64,000 bases of DNA from Myxococcota bacterium (GTDB taxonomy: Bacteria > Myxococcota_A > UBA9160 > SMWR01). Every line of letters starts with the position of its first letter. Position 1 is the stretch's first letter. The notes below the pieces were generated by a model. The model was not told where the DNA came from. It saw nothing but the letters and a program-made list of their open reading frames with translations, and did no database searches. Positions 1 to 9,435 of the stretch are shown here, piece by piece. A program made the translations under genes and the position numbers. The stretch spans positions 4,433 to 68,432 of the forward strand of contig JBNLVK010000109.1 of the NCBI GenBank assembly GCA_050618055.1, in the 5' to 3' direction.

Positions 1-1
1 G

Positions 2-118
2 CACCACGGACTGCGGGTGGTGGGGACCGGCAGCTGGGCGAGCGCCGGCACGCTGCGCGACGTCGCCACGCTGCACCGCGGCACCACGGTGCTGAGCGTG
101 ACGCTGGTGCAGCCGTGA
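2..118 (+). CDS. 3' end of an upstream gene of the pilus operon (partial)
   Basis: Open frame from the window edge (HHGLRVVGTG...TLVQP*) ending at TGA 116-118, overlapping the GTG start at 115 (GTGA coupling). Confidence 0.55.
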   Translation, partial: HHGLRVVGTGSWASAGTLRDVATLHRGTTVLSVTLVQP

Positions 119-1746
119 GCACGCGTCACCTGGCCATCGACCTGCGCGAGGACGCGATCCACTGGGTGCGCGCCCGGCGCGGCCGCCGCGGCCTCACACC
201 GGTCCAGCACGGCAGGATCGAGCTGCGGCCCGGCAGCGACGACGCGGAGCAGTGCCTGTTCCGGCTGTCCCGCTCGGCGATCGCCCGCGGCGCGCGCATC
301 GAGGTGGCGCTGCGCGGTCCCGCGCTGGCGCTCCAGCGCGAGGAGCTGCCGAAGCTCGGCCGGCGCGAGACCGCCCGGGTCGCCGCGCGGCGCGCCCCGG
401 AGCTCGAGGCCGGCATCGAGGGACCGAGCTGCTTCGCCTTCACCCGCTCCGAGAGCGGCGAGGGTCCGCTGTGGATGGCGGCGGCCCCCGCCGAGCTGGC
501 CCGCGACGCGGTGCTCCGCTGGCGGCGGCGCGGCTTCGAGCTCCATCGCCTGAGCAGCCGGCACCTGGCTCTCGGCAACCTGGCGCACCCGCTCGGGCTT
601 CCGGAAGGACGCCTGGTGGCGCTCTTCGACCTGGACGCCGACCGGGGCACCTGCGTCGTGGTGGACCGCGAGGGCTGGATGTTCAGCCGCGAGGTCCCGC
701 TGCGCTTCATGGGCGATCGCCTGCTGCGCGCCGGCATCGATGCGCCGCCCGAGGAGCGCGTGACCCCGGCGCCGCCCGACGGGGACGGCTCGGGCCTGTT
801 CCTGGTGGGAGAGGAGGAGGCGGAGAAGCCGGACGAGACGCTCGAACTTCGGCCCGATCCCCTCGAGGCGATGGCCGACCAGGCCGAACGCCTCGCCACC
901 GAGCTGAGGCGCACCTTCCAGTACGTGGCCGGGCAGCTGGGCATCGGCGACGTCTCCCACGTCTACCTGGTGGGCGACGCTCCGGCACTCCACGCGCTCT
1001 CCGACACGCTCTCCCTGGCGCTCGACCTGCCGGTCTCGACACTCGGGGAAGCGCTGGCGGAAACCCCGTGCGCCGAATTCGCCGGGGCGGCGGGGGTGGC
1101 GCTGGGCCTGGCCCTCGCGCCCAGCCGAAGCGGCGGCAACCTGCTTCCGGGCGAGGTGCGCTCCCGGCAGACGGCGGCGTCGGCGCGCCGGAACCTGCGG
1201 CGCGCCCTCATGGCGGCGGTCGTCGGGGTGGCGGTCTGGGGTGGGGTGCTCGCGCTGCTCGCCCACGCGGCGGCCAGCGGCATCGAGGTGCTGGAGCAGC
1301 GGCGGCACGCAGACGCGCCGCGGCGCGAGCTCGTGGAGCACGTGAGCGAGGCGCGTCGCCGCTCCGCGGCGCTGGCGGGCGCACTCGCACGGATCGACGC
1401 GAGCCAGCCCCCGTGGACGCCGCTGCTGGACGGTCTCGCCCGTTCGCTGCCGCCGCGCGCCTTCATCGAGCGCCTCGAGGTCCGGAAGCTCGACGGCGAG
1501 TGGACGATCGAGATGGCGGTGGAGGCCAGCGGCGACACCGTGGCCGAGGCCGCCCACGCGGTCTCCCGCTTCGCCCGCGACAGCTCCGAGTCGCCGCTGC
1601 TCACCGTGGACGACACGATCCGGGAGGGGCTGCCCCTCGACGGCGATCCGCAGCCCGAGGCCCGGGTGCGCTTCCGCATCCACGGACGCGTCGCGCCGCT
1701 GCGCGAGGCGGGTCCGCCGCCCCCGACGGAGGTGGAACGTGGCTGA
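115..1746 (+). CDS. Type IV pilus/MSHA assembly protein, PilM-like actin fold fused to PilN-like domain
   Basis: N-terminal LAIDL...WV actin-like start, ELRRTFQY..., VYLVGD, ALGLAL..GNLLP junction typical of PilM to PilN, then one TM helix and a periplasmic domain; operon context with a secretin. Confidence 0.7.
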   Translation: MSTRHLAIDLREDAIHWVRARRGRRGLTPVQHGRIELRPGSDDAEQCLFRLSRSAIARGARIEVALRGPALALQREELPKLGRRETARVAARRAPELEAGIEGPSCFAFTRSESGEGPLWMAAAPAELARDAVLRWRRRGFELHRLSSRHLALGNLAHPLGLPEGRLVALFDLDADRGTCVVVDREGWMFSREVPLRFMGDRLLRAGIDAPPEERVTPAPPDGDGSGLFLVGEEEAEKPDETLELRPDPLEAMADQAERLATELRRTFQYVAGQLGIGDVSHVYLVGDAPALHALSDTLSLALDLPVSTLGEALAETPCAEFAGAAGVALGLALAPSRSGGNLLPGEVRSRQTAASARRNLRRALMAAVVGVAVWGGVLALLAHAAASGIEVLEQRRHADAPRRELVEHVSEARRRSAALAGALARIDASQPPWTPLLDGLARSLPPRAFIERLEVRKLDGEWTIEMAVEASGDTVAEAAHAVSRFARDSSESPLLTVDDTIREGLPLDGDPQPEARVRFRIHGRVAPLREAGPPPPTEVERG

Positions 1747-2338
1747 GCGGACGGCCTACCTGCGCGGGGCGAACCTGGGAATGAGCGTCGCCATCGCCAT
1801 CGTGATGGGCGGCGGAGCGCTGCTGCTCCTGGGACCCGGCGCGAGCCACACCGGAGGGCTCCGCGCGGAGCTGGCGCGCATGCGCGCCGACGCCGCGAGC
1901 TGGCAGGCGCGGCAACGAGCCTTCCGCCCGGCGCACGACGGGGAGCGTGCAGCCTGGACCGACGCCTGGCGGCGCGCGCTCTCGCGCATTCCCGCGATCC
2001 CCAACGACCCGGAGCTGGTGGCGGCCGTCAGCGACGCCTTCGACGCCCCGAGCGTGCGCGGACTCCACGTCGAGACCCGGCGTGAACGACCGGAGGCGGA
2101 CGAGGAAGCGGCCATCGAGATCGCCTCGCCCCTCGACGGAACGCGCATCTCCCTGCGGCCGGTTCCGCTCAGCCTGGCCTTCAACGCGTCGTTCCGCGAC
2201 GCCGCGGAGATCCTCGGCCGCGTCGAGGCCCGGCAGGTGCCGGCGCGCGTCGAGGCCCTGCGCATGCGCCGCGACTACCCGGACGTCGAGGTGGCGATGG
2301 AGCTCACCTACTTCGTGCGCGGCGAGGAGAAGCGATGA
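1739..2338 (+). CDS. PilO/MshJ-like inner-membrane platform protein
   Basis: N-terminal TM, coiled coil, ferredoxin-like C-terminus (LSLAFNASFRDAAEILGRVE); overlaps neighbours. Confidence 0.6.
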   Translation: MAERTAYLRGANLGMSVAIAIVMGGGALLLLGPGASHTGGLRAELARMRADAASWQARQRAFRPAHDGERAAWTDAWRRALSRIPAIPNDPELVAAVSDAFDAPSVRGLHVETRRERPEADEEAAIEIASPLDGTRISLRPVPLSLAFNASFRDAAEILGRVEARQVPARVEALRMRRDYPDVEVAMELTYFVRGEEKR

Positions 2339-2856
2339 GGCGTCGCTGGATCGGAGCGTTGCTCGGCGCGGCGGCCCTCGCGGTGACGGTGCAGAACGTC
2401 GTGTTCTTCCGCAGCCGCATGCCGGCCGCGCCCGATGCGGGCGAGCCCCTGGATGCGGTCGGCGACGAGACGGAGCCGGATGCGCCCCCGGAGCTCGACC
2501 CGGTGGGCTACGAGCAGGCGCTCGCGTACCTGGCCTCGCTGCCGACCGGCGAGATCCCGCGCAGCCCCTTCCTCACCCTGGACGAGGCGGTGGCCCTGGC
2601 GGGAGGCGCGAAGGCGGGCCGGGACGGCGCCGCCCTCCCGCGGCTCGCGGGAACGCTGTGGAGTCGCGCCCGGCGCGTGGCCTGGCTCGACGGCGTGCCC
2701 CACAGCGAGGGCGATCGCATCGCCGACTTCGAGCTGGAGCGGATCGACGCGGGATCGGTGCTGCTGCGACGCGGCGAGCAGTCGCTGCGCGTCGCCACGG
2801 ATCGCGGCGGGGCGCCCGGGCGCACCACCGGCGCGGAGGCCGTCGATGCCGAGTAG
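2335..2856 (+). CDS. PilP/MshK-like pilus assembly protein
   Basis: Signal/TM, RSPF motif, beta-rich LAGTLWS..VAWLDG..EGDRI..LERI segment; lies before the secretin. Confidence 0.6.
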   Translation: MRRRWIGALLGAAALAVTVQNVVFFRSRMPAAPDAGEPLDAVGDETEPDAPPELDPVGYEQALAYLASLPTGEIPRSPFLTLDEAVALAGGAKAGRDGAALPRLAGTLWSRARRVAWLDGVPHSEGDRIADFELERIDAGSVLLRRGEQSLRVATDRGGAPGRTTGAEAVDAE

Positions 2857-4597
2857 AGCCGACAGCCTGAAGCGACTGGGCGTCGCATCGGCGGTGCTGC
2901 TCGCCCTGTGCCTGGTCGGCTGCGCGAGCCGCCCGGCGCCCGAATCCGAGCCGGAGCGGCCCTCGCCCGCCGCGCTGCCGACCGAGCTGCCGGAGCCCGC
3001 GCCGCGCAGCATCTCGCTTCCCGAGACGCTGCCGCGCCCGGCGACGGTCCGTCTGCTCGACGCCTCGCGCTTCAGCTTCAACGTGCTGGAGGCCGACCTG
3101 CGCAGCCTGCTGCTGGGCCTGGGACGCGACGGGCCCTTCGACGTGGTGGTCGAGCCGGGCGTGGTCGGCACCGTCACCGCGGACCTGCGCGACGCCTCCC
3201 TGCTGGAGATCCTGGACGAGCTCGTGGTCGCACGCGGCTACCGCTACGCGGTCGAGGGACGCATCCTGCGCATCTTCCGCACCGACCGGGAGACGCGCAC
3301 CTACCGCATCGACTACCCGGACTACGCCCGGGCGGGGCGCTCGGAGCTGGGACTCGCCGGCTTCATCGGCGCCGCACCCTCGATCACCGAAGACGACGGC
3401 GGGGGCGGAGGCGGAGCCGTCCAGGACACGAGCCTCTCCTCGCTGACCACGACCCAGTCCGCCGACCTGTGGACCGAGGTGGAGCGCAGCGTGCGCGTGC
3501 TGGTGTTCGGCTCGGCCGACACCACCGAGGATCCGAACATCGGCGACGCGGGGCGGGAAGGCCCGGTGGTGCCGCGGCGCGTGGTCGCCTCGCGCCAGGC
3601 CGGGCTGCTGACGGTGACCGCCGGCATCGCGGAGCTGCGCGAGGTCGAGCGCTATCTCGAGGAGGTGGCGGTGAGCCTGGACCGCCAGGTGCTGATCGAC
3701 GCCCAGTTCATCGAGGTCACCCTCGACGACGACCTGGAGCTCGGCATCGACGCCGAGGGCGCGCCCAAGCTGGGGGACGTCACCGGCATCTTCGCGCGCT
3801 CGATCGTACCCGGGCTGCGCGAGGCAGCCCTGGTGCAGGGCTTCGCGCCGGTGCTCACCGAGGGCGGCTTCTCCTTCGGCATCGCGAGCGACGACTTCGG
3901 CGTGATCCTGCGCGCGCTGGCCACCCAGACCGACGTCCGCGTGGTCTCGACGCCCAGCATCGCGACGCTCAGCAACCACAAGGCGCTCATCAAGGTGGTG
4001 CGCAACGAGGTGTTCTTCATCGCCGAGGTGGAGACGGTCATCACCGACACCGTCGTGCAGCAGACCACCGAGTTCACGCCGAAGGTGGTGCCGGTGGGCG
4101 TGACCCTGGACGTCACGCCCCACGTCTCGGACCGCAACGAGATCACGCTGCACGTGCGGCCCAGCGTGTCGGAGATCGTGGCGGTGGAGCCCCAGCCCAC
4201 CAGCGACCCGGACCTGCCGCAGACGGGCAGCCTGCCGGTGGTGGACCTGCGGGAGACGGACGCGGTGCTGTCCGTCCCCGACGGAACCACGATCGTGATC
4301 GGCGGACTGGTGCGCAGCCGCGAGTTCGAGCAGGAGCGCCGCATCCCCTTCTTCGGCGACATCCCGTGGCTCGGCAACCTCTTCAAGTTCATCGGCACCG
4401 AGGAGCGACGCACCGAGCTGCTGATCTTCCTGCGGCCCACGGTGCTCGACCGGCCGCGCGCCGTGCAGATCGTGAACGAGCGGGAGCGTCGACTCGAGAC
4501 CCTGGACGACCTGCGCCATGCCCGCTCCCTGCCCTGGCCCTGGTGGCGGGCGCCCCTGGGCCGCTCCTACGCGGCCGACGGCGTGGAGACACCGTGA
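2846..4597 (+). CDS. Outer-membrane secretin, MshL/PilQ/GspD family lipoprotein
   Basis: ATG 2846, lipobox LVGC, QVLIDAQFIEV, VSTPSIATLSNHKALI, GVTLDVTP, GTTIVIGGL, IPWLGNLF, RTELLIFLRP secretin motifs. Confidence 0.92.
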   Translation: MPSRADSLKRLGVASAVLLALCLVGCASRPAPESEPERPSPAALPTELPEPAPRSISLPETLPRPATVRLLDASRFSFNVLEADLRSLLLGLGRDGPFDVVVEPGVVGTVTADLRDASLLEILDELVVARGYRYAVEGRILRIFRTDRETRTYRIDYPDYARAGRSELGLAGFIGAAPSITEDDGGGGGGAVQDTSLSSLTTTQSADLWTEVERSVRVLVFGSADTTEDPNIGDAGREGPVVPRRVVASRQAGLLTVTAGIAELREVERYLEEVAVSLDRQVLIDAQFIEVTLDDDLELGIDAEGAPKLGDVTGIFARSIVPGLREAALVQGFAPVLTEGGFSFGIASDDFGVILRALATQTDVRVVSTPSIATLSNHKALIKVVRNEVFFIAEVETVITDTVVQQTTEFTPKVVPVGVTLDVTPHVSDRNEITLHVRPSVSEIVAVEPQPTSDPDLPQTGSLPVVDLRETDAVLSVPDGTTIVIGGLVRSREFEQERRIPFFGDIPWLGNLFKFIGTEERRTELLIFLRPTVLDRPRAVQIVNERERRLETLDDLRHARSLPWPWWRAPLGRSYAADGVETP

Positions 4598-5268
4598 TGC
4601 GTCGGATCATCCTGTTGGCCCTGCTGCTGGCGGGCGTCTCCGCGGGAGCCGCGGAGCGGGACGAGCGCATCCTCCGTGTGGAGGAGAGCGCCCGGCACTT
4701 CTCCCTCGGCCTCTCGAGCCAGAACCGGGGAGACCTGGACGCGGCGGAGCAGCACTACCGCCGCGCCCTGGATCTGGACGCGGGCTTCGTGGAGGCCCGG
4801 GTGAACCTGGCTCGCGCACTGCTGGCACGCGGCGACGTCGACGAAGCCGAGGCGTCGCTCGCCCAGGCCCTGGCGTCGCGCCCCGACTACCCGGACGGCC
4901 ACGCGGTGCTCGGCCTGTGCGCACTCGAGCGCGGACAGGCGCTCGTCGCGGTGGAGCGACTGACCGTCGCGATCGGGATCGACCCGTTCCACCTCGAGGC
5001 GCTGGTGAACCTGGGTGTCGCATGGCTGCGGGCGGGGCGTCCCGACCGGGCGCGGCGACCGCTGGAGAGCGCGCTGCGCATCGACCCGGAGTCGCCCGCC
5101 GCGATGCTCAACCTGGCCATCGCCGAGGCGCGCAGCGACGACCGGGAGCGCGCCGCCTTCTGGTACCGGCGCTACGTGGAGAGCGCCCCTCGAGACGACG
5201 CCGTCGCAGCCAGCCTGCGAACGGCACTGGGGCCTCCGGGCCCTGCCAAGCCGTCGGGTTCGGAGTGA
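4597..5268 (+). CDS. Secreted TPR-repeat protein (MshN/pilotin-like)
   Basis: ATG overlapping the secretin stop; signal peptide MRRIILLALLLAGVSAGA; several TPRs (YRRALDLDAGFVEARVNLA, EALVNLG). Confidence 0.8.
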   Translation: MRRIILLALLLAGVSAGAAERDERILRVEESARHFSLGLSSQNRGDLDAAEQHYRRALDLDAGFVEARVNLARALLARGDVDEAEASLAQALASRPDYPDGHAVLGLCALERGQALVAVERLTVAIGIDPFHLEALVNLGVAWLRAGRPDRARRPLESALRIDPESPAAMLNLAIAEARSDDRERAAFWYRRYVESAPRDDAVAASLRTALGPPGPAKPSGSE

Positions 5269-5303
5269 AGCCCGGACCGACCATCACAAGAAGGAACGAA
5301 GAC

Positions 5304-6002
5304 ATGCAGGAACGATCGAATCGCAGACGGTCGATGGGCTTCACGCTCATCGAGATCCTCATCGGTGTCGCCATCCTGGCGATCCTCTCGGCGGCGCTCA
5401 CGCCGATGGTGATCAAGTACATCAACGACGCGCGACAGGCCCGCGCCCTCTCCGACTCGCAGGCGCTGGGGCAGGCCATCCTGGCCTTCAACCTCGATAC
5501 GGGTCGCTGGCCGGTCAACGGAGACAGCAACATCAACGACGCCGGCGAGATCTCGCGACTGGTGGGCCTGCCCGCCGGCCAGATCTCCAGCGCCAACATC
5601 CCGAACGGCTCGGGAGCGCCCGGTGCGGGCAACTGGCGGGGCGGTGGCAACGGCGGCACCGCGGGCGCGCTGGAGGATCACCTGATCCGGAACCGCACGA
5701 CGGCGGTCAACCCGCTCTACCCGGCGAGCCAGAACGCGCCGGATCCGCCGGGCTGGAACGGCCCGTACGTCGACTCGGTCCCGCTGGATCCCTGGGGCCG
5801 TCCCTACGTCTGCAACGTGCGCTACCTGGACGGCGGATCGGTGACGGGCGTGACGGCGGCCGAGGAGGACAACCACGCCGTGCTCTGCCTCTCGGCGGGC
5901 CCGGACGGCACCTACAACACCAGCTTCAGCGACGGGACGCAGCTGGCCACCCCGGCCGGTGACGATATCGGCTGGCCGATCCAGGGGCTCCAGAACCTCT
6001 GA
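5304..6002 (+). CDS. Type IV pilin / GspG-like pseudopilin
   Basis: Class III signal G|FTLIEILIGVAILAIL; GWNGPY..VPLDPWGRPY and SAGPDG GspG-like motifs. Confidence 0.88.
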   Translation: MQERSNRRRSMGFTLIEILIGVAILAILSAALTPMVIKYINDARQARALSDSQALGQAILAFNLDTGRWPVNGDSNINDAGEISRLVGLPAGQISSANIPNGSGAPGAGNWRGGGNGGTAGALEDHLIRNRTTAVNPLYPASQNAPDPPGWNGPYVDSVPLDPWGRPYVCNVRYLDGGSVTGVTAAEEDNHAVLCLSAGPDGTYNTSFSDGTQLATPAGDDIGWPIQGLQNL

Positions 6003-6023
6003 ACCGAGGGAGCCGACCCACGA

Positions 6024-6056
6024 GCGGCGCGGGCGGGAAGGTCCCGTCCGCGCCGC
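6024..6056. terminator. GC-rich hairpin between convergent genes
   Basis: GCGGCGCGGGCGGGA-agg-TCCCGTCCGCGCCGC; no U-tract. Confidence 0.45.
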
Positions 6057-6072
6057 AACCTCCGCGGCGCCG

Positions 6073-6960
6073 TCAGAGACCCAGCTCGCTCCTGCGGCGC
6101 GGCCGCTCCTCCCGCGGCGCCTGGCTGTAGTCGCCGAAGGGCCCGTCGCGCCGGGTGACCGCTTCGCGCACGCCCTCGCCGGCGGCGACCCGCACGAACT
6201 CCCGGCCCTCGGGCGTGTTGCGCATGATGCCGTCGAGGATCGGGCCGAGGGTCTGGGTGCCCTGGAGCCCCATGTTGTCGTAGGCCTGGTTCACGATCAG
6301 CTTCATCGCCACGAGCTGGGTCAGCGGGATCGTCGCCAGCTTCTCGGCCAGCTTCCGGACCTCGGCGTCGAGCTGCTCCAGCGGGTGGGAGAAGTTGATC
6401 AGCTCGACCGCCGCAGCCTCCTTGCCGCTGATCCACTCGCCGGTGAGCGCGTAGTACTAGGCCTTGGCCAGCCCCAGCCGGTACACCCACATGCCGGTGA
6501 GGTGGCAGCCCCAGACGCGGGAGTACGGGGTGCCGATGCGGGCGCAGTCGGAGGCGACCACCAGGTCGGCGCACAGGGCCAGCTCGGAGCCGCCGCCCAC
6601 GCAGTAGCCGTGCACCTTGGCGATGGTCGGCTTGGTGCCGCGCCACAGGCCCATGAACGAAGGCACGTAGCTCGTGTACGAATTGGCTACGAAGTGGACG
6701 TCCATGCCCGGGTCGTAGTCCTGCTCCCGGATGTTCTCGTAGTGCTCGAGTCCGCCCGAGAAGTCGAAGCCGCCGCAGAAGTTGTCGCCGGCGCCTTCGA
6801 GGACGATCACCTTCACCTCCCCGTCCCGGTTCGCTTCGGCGAGCAGGCCGTTCATGCCCTCGATCACCTCCATGCGGAGGGTGTTCGCCTTCTCGGGGCG
6901 GTTCAGCGTGATCGTGGCGGTTCCGTTCTTCTTCTCGTACAGGACGACGTCGCTGGACAT
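6073..6960 (-). pseudogene. Enoyl-CoA hydratase/crotonase interrupted by one in-frame TAG (6457-6459)
   Basis: ATITLNRPEKAN, FCGGFD, IAKVHGYCVGGGSELALCAD; the same frame continues past TAG as YYALTGEWISGKEAAAVELIN...AMKLIVNQAY to the stop at 6073. Confidence 0.85.
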
Positions 6961-7003
6961 GGGTTCTCCTCGGGTGGGCGCCGTTCCGACGCCGGGGGTT
7001 GGA

Positions 7004-7597
7004 CTAGGCGAATGGCGCGCGCGACGGCAGGCCGAGCGCGCCGGCGATCAGTCCCCAGAGCTGGGCGGTGAGGACGCCGAGGTCGGGGGGCTTCGGATCC
7101 TGAAAGGCCTGGATGGCCGCCTGGCGGATGGCACCGATGATGGCGGCGGCGGCGATCCCCGCGTCGATCGACTCGGAGATGTCGCCCGCCTGCTGCCCGC
7201 CTTCGATGTTGCGGCGCGCCAGTCCGATCAGCTGGTCCTGGCGGGTGCTCTCGACGCCGGCCACCTGGACGCTGCGCCCCATGCGGCCGAGCACGACGGG
7301 CGCCAGCGGCTCGCGGTAGAGGAAGGCCAGCCAGGACTGGAGTCGCTCGAACTCGCGCTCCTCCCAGGGGCGGGCGCCGTCCAGCGGCTGGTTCACGACC
7401 GCGTAGTAGCGATCGTAGAAGTCCTCGACGACCGCCGAGAGGGCCCCCGCCTTCGAGCCGAAGTGGTGATAGGGCAGGCCGCTCGAGACCCCGGCGCGCC
7501 GGGCGACGTCGCCCATCTCGAAGTCCCCGCCGCCGGCCAGCAGGGCGTCGGCGGCGGCGGCGAGCAGGCGCGCGCGGGTGGTCTCGCTCTTTCTCAC
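7004..7597 (-). CDS. TetR/AcrR family regulator
   Basis: TRARLLAAAADALL...DVARRAGVSSGLPYHHFGSK HTH; likely GTG start 7597. Confidence 0.9.
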   Translation of the reverse strand: MRKSETTRARLLAAAADALLAGGGDFEMGDVARRAGVSSGLPYHHFGSKAGALSAVVEDFYDRYYAVVNQPLDGARPWEEREFERLQSWLAFLYREPLAPVVLGRMGRSVQVAGVESTRQDQLIGLARRNIEGGQQAGDISESIDAGIAAAAIIGAIRQAAIQAFQDPKPPDLGVLTAQLWGLIAGALGLPSRAPFA

Positions 7598-7616
7598 ACC
7601 GCCTGGGATACCCAAA

Positions 7617-7709
7617 ATTTGAGTTGAAGTCAAATCAGGCAACGGACGGCTCGGAACTTGTCATTGACAAGTTCGCCGGACCCGCCCAATCTAGGCGCCG
7701 TCTAGTTCG
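7617..7709. promoter_or_regulatory. Divergent promoter with TetR-type operators
   Basis: Perfect palindrome GAACTTGTCA-T-TGACAAGTTC (7654-7674) containing TTGACA; ATTTGA-N7-TCAAAT (7617-7635); CTAGGCG-C-CGTCTAG just upstream of the GGAG RBS. Confidence 0.65.
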
Positions 7710-7720
7710 GAGGAGACCGC

Positions 7721-8350
7721 ATGGCCTACCACCACGGCCATCTGAAGGAGGCCCTGCTCGAGCGGGCCGCGCAGGTGATCGCGGAGCGCGGGATCGAGGC
7801 CTTGAGCCTGCGCGCCCTCGCCCGCGACCTGGGCGTCTCCCACGCCGCACCGGCCGCCCACTTCCGCGACCGGCGCGCCCTGCTTTGCGCGCTGGCCAAG
7901 GAAGGGTTCCGCCGGAGCGTCGAAGCCATGCACGCCGGCGCCGAAGCGGCCGGCCCGGATCCGGTCCGACGCTACCGGGCGCTCGGTCGCTCCTACGTCC
8001 AGTTCGCCCGGGACAACCCCTCCTACTTCCGCGCGATCCACCACCCGGAGGTCCAGGCGCACGCGGACGACGAGCTGCGGGAGGCGCGCGCCGAATGGGT
8101 GGCGACCCTTCGCGACGGCGTCGAGGCGGCGCGCGCCTCGGGCTGGCATCCGGAGGTCGAGACGGAGACGCTGCTCGCCTTCAGCTGCGCGGCGGCCATG
8201 GGCACCGCGCAGCTGCTCAGCGATTCGGGATGGGCCTTCGACGTGCCGGACGTCGACGCCCTCGCCGATTCGGTCCTCGACCTGGTCGTGCACCGCAGCC
8301 GCACGACGGCGCTCCCCGCCGCTCCCACCGACGAGAGGAAGGTCTCATGA
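7721..8350 (+). CDS. TetR/AcrR family regulator
   Basis: YHHGHLKEALL...LSLRALARDLGVSHAAPAAHF HTH. Confidence 0.92.
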   Translation: MAYHHGHLKEALLERAAQVIAERGIEALSLRALARDLGVSHAAPAAHFRDRRALLCALAKEGFRRSVEAMHAGAEAAGPDPVRRYRALGRSYVQFARDNPSYFRAIHHPEVQAHADDELREARAEWVATLRDGVEAARASGWHPEVETETLLAFSCAAAMGTAQLLSDSGWAFDVPDVDALADSVLDLVVHRSRTTALPAAPTDERKVS

Positions 8351-8547
8351 GATTCGCTCGTTCGAACACCCTGCTCACCGCGGCGGGCCCGGTGCTGTTC
8401 GGGGTCGCCTTCCTGGCTCCGCTGATCGCCCAGTCGCTCGAGGCGGCGTCGTGGCCGGCGCCCTTCGGTGTCGCGCCGATCCACTTCGGCCTGGCGCTCG
8501 GCCTGGGCCTGGGCGTCGTCGCGGCGCTGCGGGGGCGCTGGGTATGA
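8347..8547 (+). CDS. Small two-TM membrane protein
   Basis: ATGA overlaps on both sides; hydrophobic 66 aa ending RGRWV. Confidence 0.7.
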   Translation: MRFARSNTLLTAAGPVLFGVAFLAPLIAQSLEAASWPAPFGVAPIHFGLALGLGLGVVAALRGRWV

Positions 8548-9434
8548 GCGCCGCCGCGACCGAGACCGATCGGGCCGCGCTCCGCAGCGAGCACGCCCTC
8601 AAGCGCGAGGAAGCGGCGATCGCCCGCAAGTTCATGGGACGCGTGCCGTGGGAGATGGTGGCCTGGGGGCTGGGCAACTTCGCGCTCTGGCTGTCGATCT
8701 GGCCCCTCACCTTCACCGGCGTGCTGCCGCTCTGGGCCGCCTTCCTGCTCTCGACCTTCTCGATCACCGTCTGCTACCTGCCGTCGCACGAAGCCCAGCA
8801 CTCCATCATCGCGACCGAGGGAAGCCGCCTTCGCTGGCTGAACGAGCTGGTGGGGCACGTGTCGACGATCCCGCTGCTCTTCCCCTACCGCATCGCCTGG
8901 ATCACCCACAAGCAGCACCACGCCCACGCCAACGACCCGGAGCTCGATCCCGACATCGGGAACAAGGGCGACACCTGGTGGCAGGCGGCCTGGAACGGCA
9001 TCCAGGCCCGTCAGTTCGGGGCCGGCGAGGGCTACAAGAACGCGCTCCGGCGGAGCGACGACCCGAACCTGGGCAAGGCGTTCCGCGAGGCGACGATCCT
9101 GTCGCTCTCCCACTACGCCATCCTGACGGCCCTCGCGTGGAGCGGGCATGCGATCGAGGCGGCGCTCATCTGGTGGCTGCCGCGCCACATCGCCATGACC
9201 TACATCCAGATCTTCCTGTCCTGGGCGCCGCACCACCCCATGGAGGAGACGGGCCGCTACCGCGACACGCGCGCCTGGCGGTCGCCGGTCGGTACGATCC
9301 TCTCCATGGGCATGGAATACCACGTCATCCACCACCTCTTCCCGCGGATCCCGCTCTTCCAGACCGGCCCTGCCTACCACGAGATGCGGCGACTGCTCGA
9401 CGAACGAGGCTGCCGCAACGACCGGGACGACTGA
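8544..9434 (+). CDS. Membrane fatty-acid desaturase / beta-carotene hydroxylase-like enzyme
   Basis: Three His boxes HEAQH, HKQHH, HVIHH plus TM segments. Confidence 0.88.
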   Translation: MSAAATETDRAALRSEHALKREEAAIARKFMGRVPWEMVAWGLGNFALWLSIWPLTFTGVLPLWAAFLLSTFSITVCYLPSHEAQHSIIATEGSRLRWLNELVGHVSTIPLLFPYRIAWITHKQHHAHANDPELDPDIGNKGDTWWQAAWNGIQARQFGAGEGYKNALRRSDDPNLGKAFREATILSLSHYAILTALAWSGHAIEAALIWWLPRHIAMTYIQIFLSWAPHHPMEETGRYRDTRAWRSPVGTILSMGMEYHVIHHLFPRIPLFQTGPAYHEMRRLLDERGCRNDRDD

Positions 9435-9435
9435 A

